From Octopus vulgaris (taxonomy: Eukaryota), in NCBI GenBank assembly GCA_951406725.2, contig OX597824.1:1302001-1366000 (forward strand): a DNA stretch of 64,000 nt. The letters run 5' to 3'. The position numbers were made by a program, and so were the translations under genes. Position 1 is the first letter of the stretch. Every line of letters begins with the position of its first letter. Below, one piece after another: positions 55,438-64,000 of this stretch. The notes below the pieces were generated by a model. The model did no database searches. It was not told the DNA's origin and saw nothing but the letters and a program-made list of their open reading frames with translations.

Positions 55438-55496
55438 CTCCCATGGATTGCTGTCAGTTGTGATCGAACACAGACATGGTTTTTCCGTTCTGTAGC
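55438..55496 (-). other. Candidate 59-nt internal exon of an unidentified host gene
   Basis: TCCTCCTTTCCAG | 59 nt | GTAACT, with GAG before the donor; two of three frames are open. Confidence 0.2.
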
Positions 55497-56337
55497 CTGG
55501 AAAGGAGGACGACAATCTTATGAAAATACATTTTCTATTATGTGGAGAACAACAACAAATTTCGCTCCCTGAGTTCAGGAAAGCTTCCTAATCATGTGGA
55601 ATATATTGGAATGATTCTCCTGTCGATCATGCAAAGCTCTCAGTGTTGAATTCCGTATTTCCGTTCCGATACGATCCAAGTTGTAACATTAAGCATCTCC
55701 TGGATTCTAAAAGCGGTCCTACTTTTCCTCTACGAAAACCGCAAGCAATCAGGACAGTATTTCTAACAATTGAATAAAGACAGGAAGACAGAGAACGCAA
55801 TAAATAATTTTATATTTCAGAAATAATAATAATAATAGTAATAATAATAATAAAAAAATGAACACTTTTATAATATCATTTTGCTGTTGTTTAATCTTGT
55901 ATGACATGAAAGAGACGTTACAAAAAATAATTAAAAAAAAAAAACAGAAATAGACAAAGTATAAAAAGCAGCAGCAGCAGTAATTACAGAACAGGAAAAG
56001 TAGTACAAAGTAAATAAAAAAAAGTGGGTGGGGCGAGGAAAAAGGTTATGTCTATCTTGGAATGTCATATTCTTTGCATGAAAGATGGAAATTTTATTTC
56101 ACAGATGTATAACGACCTGCAGACATGAGATTCACATGGAATGATCATAGACATTTTTTTTCTACTTGTTTGTCTTTTGTCTGAAGGGAGAAAAGCATGC
56201 TAAATATCAAGGTTTGTCTTCTATACATCACAACCAAATGTACATTTTGTTTCCATAAGCAAAATAACGACCCTGCCACTTATATTAACTCTAAACTATA
56301 AACCTAACTTAAAACCAGGGGTGAGACATCTTTATAT

Positions 56338-56400
<63 letters not shown>

Positions 56401-56631
56401 CACATTTATATGTTAATATATGTTGTATATATGAATTTTATATACATAAATTGATTTCCAACTTAGGCACAAGGCCATAAATTTTGAGTGATGGATGTAG
56501 TCAGTAAAGTATTTCCAGAGACCTTATGATATAAAATCCCGTCAGAATGATAGGTGATAGGCAAAGTTGATCACGGCGGGATTTGAACTCAGAATTTTAA
56601 GAAATGCAACTAAATATCATTTTATAATGGT

Positions 56632-56762
<131 letters not shown>

Positions 56763-57281
56763 CGGTTCGTTGGCCATTATTAACCATTTCATTTAATTTT
56801 AAAAATATATGCTTAAAATGAATTGAAATAGTGATTTTATGTCGAATGAACCGGTACGCCAGAAATAATCAATTTTGAGACCATGATAAAATAACATATA
56901 GATTATCTATCAAGATTAGAACTTCAAAATCGCGAACACAAATAGTTACGAACACGTTACGGTAAGTTCCGTAATAAACCAAACTTCACAATGTCTTATA
57001 CGCAAGTATAATATATATATATGTTTAGATATATATGTATATATATATATATATATGTGTGTTTAGATACATATGTATATATATATATATGTTTAGTTAC
57101 ATATACATATATGCACATATATATATATCATTTGTTTAAATACATATGTATATATATATATATGCATATACATATATGAACATATGTATGCATATATATA
57201 TATATATATACACACATACAATTTATGCATACATACAAATGCTTATATATACATATGACATATATATTAATATATGTGCTG

Positions 57282-57326
<45 letters not shown>

Positions 57327-58580
57327 TGCTTCGTCTGTGTGTGTGTGTTTGAGTGTGTTTGTGTGCATGTGAGCATGCACCTGGCTACAAAAACAAATGA
57401 TGTGAGATTAACATAAATTTTGTTTTGTGCTAATTACGAAAACATGTATTTAGAAAAAATATATTAAATATATCAAAACAAAGTTGTTAATACTTAAAGA
57501 TCTGTTTAAAGGATGGAAATGGTTTAGATGGAACATCTTTATTATTAAAAAATTCCAGAAAGAAAGGAAGAATAATGATTTCATATTTATCCATATAAAA
57601 TATATAAAGAATACAAAGTGTGTGTGTTGAAAATAAAATAAAAAGAAAAATCATATAAACGAAGATATTAATGAGAGTTTATTATTATAAAATAGATATA
57701 ACTATGCAATATAATCGATCACAAATTGGAAATAGTGAAGAATTAGAAACAAAAGTATCATTGGAATGGTCTTTTAACAAAAATATATAATTGAAGATGT
57801 TGCTTTATCTGTGATTACTTTCTTTGTAAGTTACAAGGAAATGAAGAGTGGAACGCAAATGTTGCTATTTGTAAACAGATTAACAGAGATTTATTGGATT
57901 CGATTTTATTTAGACTTTATATGGAAGTCTTATATTTTATTTTTTTCATTTACGGTGGTGAAAAATGTAGGCGGCAAAAGTAACCATTGCGTTATTTAAA
58001 CCTTCCTTAAAGATCTCAGCCCCGAAAGTGTAAGCGGAATAGCTTCAAAATCGTTTGGAAATTTAGCGCTTACACTGCCACGCTCGTCACCATAAAGTTG
58101 AAGTATTTATTCGGACAAATATATAACACATTACGAATGAAAAATATTAAAAAAATTTATATTGATTATACAGTGAAGTTCTATAAAACAAAACATAACC
58201 AAATAATAAAAAATACAACAAAAAATGCAACGTAGATAATTTTTGAGATTAGATTTATGGAACGAGATGATCGACATCTGATAAAGAATGGAAATAAAAA
58301 TTTTAAACAATGTTTTTTTTTTTTTTGTATCCGGTGGGAGGCAAAAATCGGCGTCCGGAAAACGATTGCTTCCCAATTTGGTAATTTTTTTTTTCAGATT
58401 ATTAGTTTCATTAAGATAATTAATGAATACATATACGTTAGTTTAAGAGACAACAAAAACAAATCTAACAATCTATAACAAAACAACTGGAGTTCGTTAT
58501 GGATACATGCACACAATCTCGGTTAAAGTTAGATATACACGCTCACAAATAAAAACCAGTCTCACAAAAGCAGAACACAC

Positions 58581-58633
<53 letters not shown>

Positions 58634-58793
58634 ATTTATATATATATGTTTAGAAATATATACAAGCACAGATACATGTCATTGTATTTGTTAGTATGAC
58701 TATATATACGTACATACTTATATAAATATACATACATATGTATATATTCTCTCTCTCTTTCTCTCTCCATATATATATAGATATACATATAGT

Positions 58794-58827
<34 letters not shown>

Positions 58828-59917
58828 TATAAGGTTAAAAAAGTATCAACAATAATCACAACCAAATCATAAGATCACTTTTAATATATGAATAAAAACA
58901 CAGCCACGCGCATATTTACACACATGCACATACACACATACACATAAGTATATAAGTGCAATTCTGCGTGCGTGTGCGCGTGTGTTTAATGAAAGACATA
59001 CATAGATACAAATATAAATAACCAGATATATTTGTAATATGTCTGCGTGTATATCATGATCTAGCTGTTTGCCATATCATTACACGCCGACATATTTAAA
59101 GTAGGCATTGTCACCAAGAATATACTATTTTCTCTCTTTTCAGTTCCCCCAATATACACACCCTGTACGTACGTACGTATGTATGTATGTAAACATTTAT
59201 ACACGCACACACACATATATATACATATATATATATGTATATATATATATTTACATACATATTCATAGAAATATACATTATATATAAGTATATCCACATG
59301 TATTTACGTATATACCAACATATATATGTATACACATACATACATTCCTACGTACATACATGCATGCATACATGCAAACTAACACAAACACACGCACGCA
59401 CATACACACACATATATACAAGTTTATGAATGTATGTATCTGCATATATAGACACATTCATTCATACGCAGTTACTCCCATTCAAATAGATATGCCTTCC
59501 CATTCGTGCTCAGCCGTAAAGCCACCCGTCTAGAATAAACAGACTAATTTGTGGCAAAATATTTTCAAGGAAAAAATAATGTAACTGAGTCATATAATAT
59601 GACATGGCTCATAAAGTATGTGGCTATTCAATGAGTGCTCATGGGAGATTTTTCTGGATGTTTTGAAATCATGGTTCATAGACGGTGATTTCTTTTGAAA
59701 TTTGTAAAACAGAAAAGTATCACGAATATATATATATATCAGTTCACACAGTATGATTGAATAACAAAGGTTAACCTAAGAATTCTGTAAAGTTATCCAA
59801 ACAGTCGTACTTATTTCACATTCACAATCAATATTAAAACTACACATAGATTTATATATATATACACCAACACCTACATACACACATTCATACATAAATG
59901 CGTACATATACATACAA

Positions 59918-59975
<58 letters not shown>

Positions 59976-60121
59976 GTCCGTGTGAGTGTATGTGTGTGTA
60001 CGTATATATAATCCTTCTTTTAAGCATACGTACATAAGATACTTAATTACATCTATGCATATATATATATATATATATATATATACAAACATATATGTGC
60101 GCATGTATGCTTATGTGTATA

Positions 60122-60171
<50 letters not shown>

Positions 60172-60971
60172 CATATACATATATATTTGTATACACACAC
60201 GTACCAACATGTTGTCTTTCGATGACTTGAATTCAAAACTTTTGGCCATAGTTGCAGCGACCTTTTGAGGGACAAAGTTTGTTTAACGTTGACTGTGAAA
60301 AATACAAGTTTACTCATTGATATAATATGCCATTCCATCCATAATAATTATGTGAAAAACCGTGCGTAAAAGTGTCACACATACTCATACACTCGTACGT
60401 ACATACACATATATGTATATCTATAAACATAAAGATACAATTTCTTGAAGAGGAACATCTTCGCTCGAGTCCTGGAGAAACTCAATTTTGTACTTTGCAA
60501 ACGTATATTTTCGTGAGTATTAAAGAATGTGAAATCTTCACTGGGCGCTTCTTCGAAATAAAGTGTTCATCTTTTATTGTGGTACATCTTTAATTTGCTA
60601 TAAATGATGTCTTTAAGGACAATTCGTAGGAGCGTGGAACAGAACAGATACCAAGTCAGGTTTCCTGATTTTTCCTTTCATGAATAATGGTTAAAGAAGT
60701 CCGTAAACGTGTATAAACGGGAAATTAACATCAACGTCATCTCAACGCTGGTTGCTACATTCACGTTTCCTACATGAAAATCAGTTAACCTGCGAAGTGA
60801 CTATGTCGATTATTTAATAAAAATGGTGTCACCATGGTGACTAGAAAATCAACATCGGATAATTCTGAAGGGGATACTGTAAGTCGTCTTCAGTTCAAAT
60901 CCGGTCAACCAAATTATATAATCTACATTATGATATAGAATACTGCACATTCCCGTACTTCTCAGCATTAT

Positions 60972-61103
<132 letters not shown>

Positions 61104-61379
61104 TTATATATATACATATATACATACATACATGCATATGTATGTGTATATGTATGTATGTAGGTATGTATATGCAAACGTTATAGATTCGTGCTTAGAG
61201 AACGGTTTCTAAATAAATCAGATAATTTCGTAAGGATAGTATTATGCAAATATAAACTTTGTTTTACACATACTTGTCTTTTTTATTTATTCAAATAGTG
61301 TTTGATATTCATTTTGCATGTATATGAAAACATACACACGCGCGCGCGAACACACACTCACGTACACACGCACACACAT

Positions 61380-61941
<562 letters not shown>

Positions 61942-62386
61942 TTTCACTGCATGAAATCCTATGTGTCTTTTTAAAATAACAAATAGTATTGTGTATTACT
62001 AGAATACAAACCACTAACAGTAGGTAAAAAATAGATGTAGTAAAAAAAACCCGAGTTCAAGTGTGCATGGGCACACAGACACACACACACACATAAACAC
62101 ACGCAAACACACACACATACACACAAGCATACAAAAAGGAGATGTTACGTGTGAACTATTTGATAGGATATACGAAAGAAGGTATTGAAAAACCAGATGA
62201 AGTTGTTAAATATTTTAATTACCATTTATTAAAGAAAATACATGTTAAATAATGTGCCATGTTTCGAAGATTAAAATATAAAAACTATTATCGTTTTCAA
62301 GATTGTTTTATAAGGTTAATTAATTTATTTTCATGAAATTATTTCACGATTTTTAAAACATTTTTTGCTATATTCCGTTATATATA

Positions 62387-62448
<62 letters not shown>

Positions 62449-62495
62449 CATGCATGTACATATATATATTATATATATATATATATTTATATTTA

Positions 62496-62549
<54 letters not shown>

Positions 62550-62749
62550 TTTCCATTCTACATAAACATAAAAATATATATTTATATATGTGTAGAAATA
62601 TGCGTATATTTTCCATATATTTATATATATTAATATTTATATAGTTATATATATAAATATTTCTATATTTCTGTATATATATATATATTTTGGAAATGTA
62701 TGCATATTCATGTGTGTACATATATATATGTACACACACACAAGCACAT

Positions 62750-62812
<63 letters not shown>

Positions 62813-63417
62813 CATTTACATATACAAATATCATTGTATAAATATTAATATCCTTCTTATTGAAACACTAAGCAGCCTTTTTCACAAACTATTATTCTAA
62901 GTAGTATAAATTTTAACCAACACTCTTTACGAGTGTGTGTGTGTGTGTGTAGTAATATGCGCCGAGCAGGTGTAAAGCAACGTCAACACAATAATTCTCA
63001 ATGGGGAGATAAAATGTTGACGTTGCAGTCAGATTCGGTCCGAATTGGATCACATATCATGAACTGTGCATCTGTCTATTATTTTCACACCGAAGAAATG
63101 TGCATCCATGCACAGTCATTGCAATACAGGACTTCACTAAACCAAAATATCTAATTTGCATGACTAGTCTACTACAAAGACCAACTATTGTTTTATTACA
63201 AGTTTCAGCTGAAGTTTCGTGTGTCATTTAGGTAAAGGGCCACAGGGGTTTTATAAGATCATTTTAGTTATAAATTTTACTAAACCGAAAGGTCTGATTT
63301 GCATGACTAGCCTACTGAAAAGCCCATCTATTGTTGTAATAGAGGTTTTAGCTAACGCTTCATGTTTAATACTATGGACAGGGCTATATTATCTCTCTGT
63401 GGCAGCAAAAGTGAGAT

Positions 63418-63463
63418 CGGTCCAACAGGTTTCGGTCCTATTTGGGACATTCTTCAGGAACCG
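63418..63463 (-). ncRNA. Minimal type I hammerhead ribozyme motif
   Basis: Minus strand: CGGTTC-CTGAAGA-AT-GTCC-CAAATA-GGAC-C-GAAA-CCTG-TT-GGACCG. 6-bp stem I, 4-bp stem II, tiny stem III, GUU triplet. Confidence 0.65.
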
Positions 63464-63710
63464 TGCACTTCTTTGTCCTCTGCCCACAGATATATATATT
63501 ATTGCAATTTCAATTTAGGACTTCACTAAATAGGAAAACCGATTTGAATAAATAACGCATTGCTGGCAAACAGTCCCAATAAGTTCCAGTAATTAATTAC
63601 TGTTACACTAAGCAGGTTCTATAGACATAGTAATTGCATTATATACATACGTACATGTACGTATGTATGCAAGCATGTATGTAACCTATGTATGTATATA
63701 TGTATGTATG

Positions 63711-63759
<49 letters not shown>

Positions 63760-64000
63760 TTATGTATTAATATATTTGTATGTATGTATTTATGTATTAA
63801 TATATTTGTATGTATGCATATTATATGTACATATATATGTATATAATATATATGCAGATATATATACATGTATAATATACATACGTAGGTATATAATCTA
63901 TCTATCTATATATATATATATGTATATATGTATATACATGCATATGTATATATATATATATGTGTGTGTGTGTATATATATAAATATGTATATGTATATT

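Overview
AT-rich, microsatellite-saturated eukaryotic intronic or intergenic DNA. The repeat inventory (tRNA-derived CORE- and Meta-type SINEs, mariners, CR1/RTE/R4 LINEs, Penelope-like relics) suggests a coleoid cephalopod, probably Octopus; this is inferred from recalled repeat families, not from a search. No complete host gene is visible, and nearly all ORFs in the supplied track are microsatellite translations or transposon fragments. Main structure: (1) a 28.1-32.1 kb (TAA)n tract holds four co-oriented 3' fragments of R4/Dong-type REL-endonuclease retrotransposons, interleaved tail-to-tail with antisense SINEs, with a smaller equivalent at 9.3-10.0 kb; (2) several minimal type I hammerhead ribozyme motifs, one of them enclosed by a perfect 62-bp inverted repeat (25787-26164); (3) a young, uninterrupted CR1 RT 3' end; (4) a Naiad-like Penelope GIY-YIG relic; (5) an RTE C-terminus with three C2H2 fingers; (6) several mariner relics, one with an internal fold-back; (7) a 51-bp periodic repeat/spacer array; (8) two weak minus-strand exon candidates. 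All calls were read by eye and need computational confirmation.
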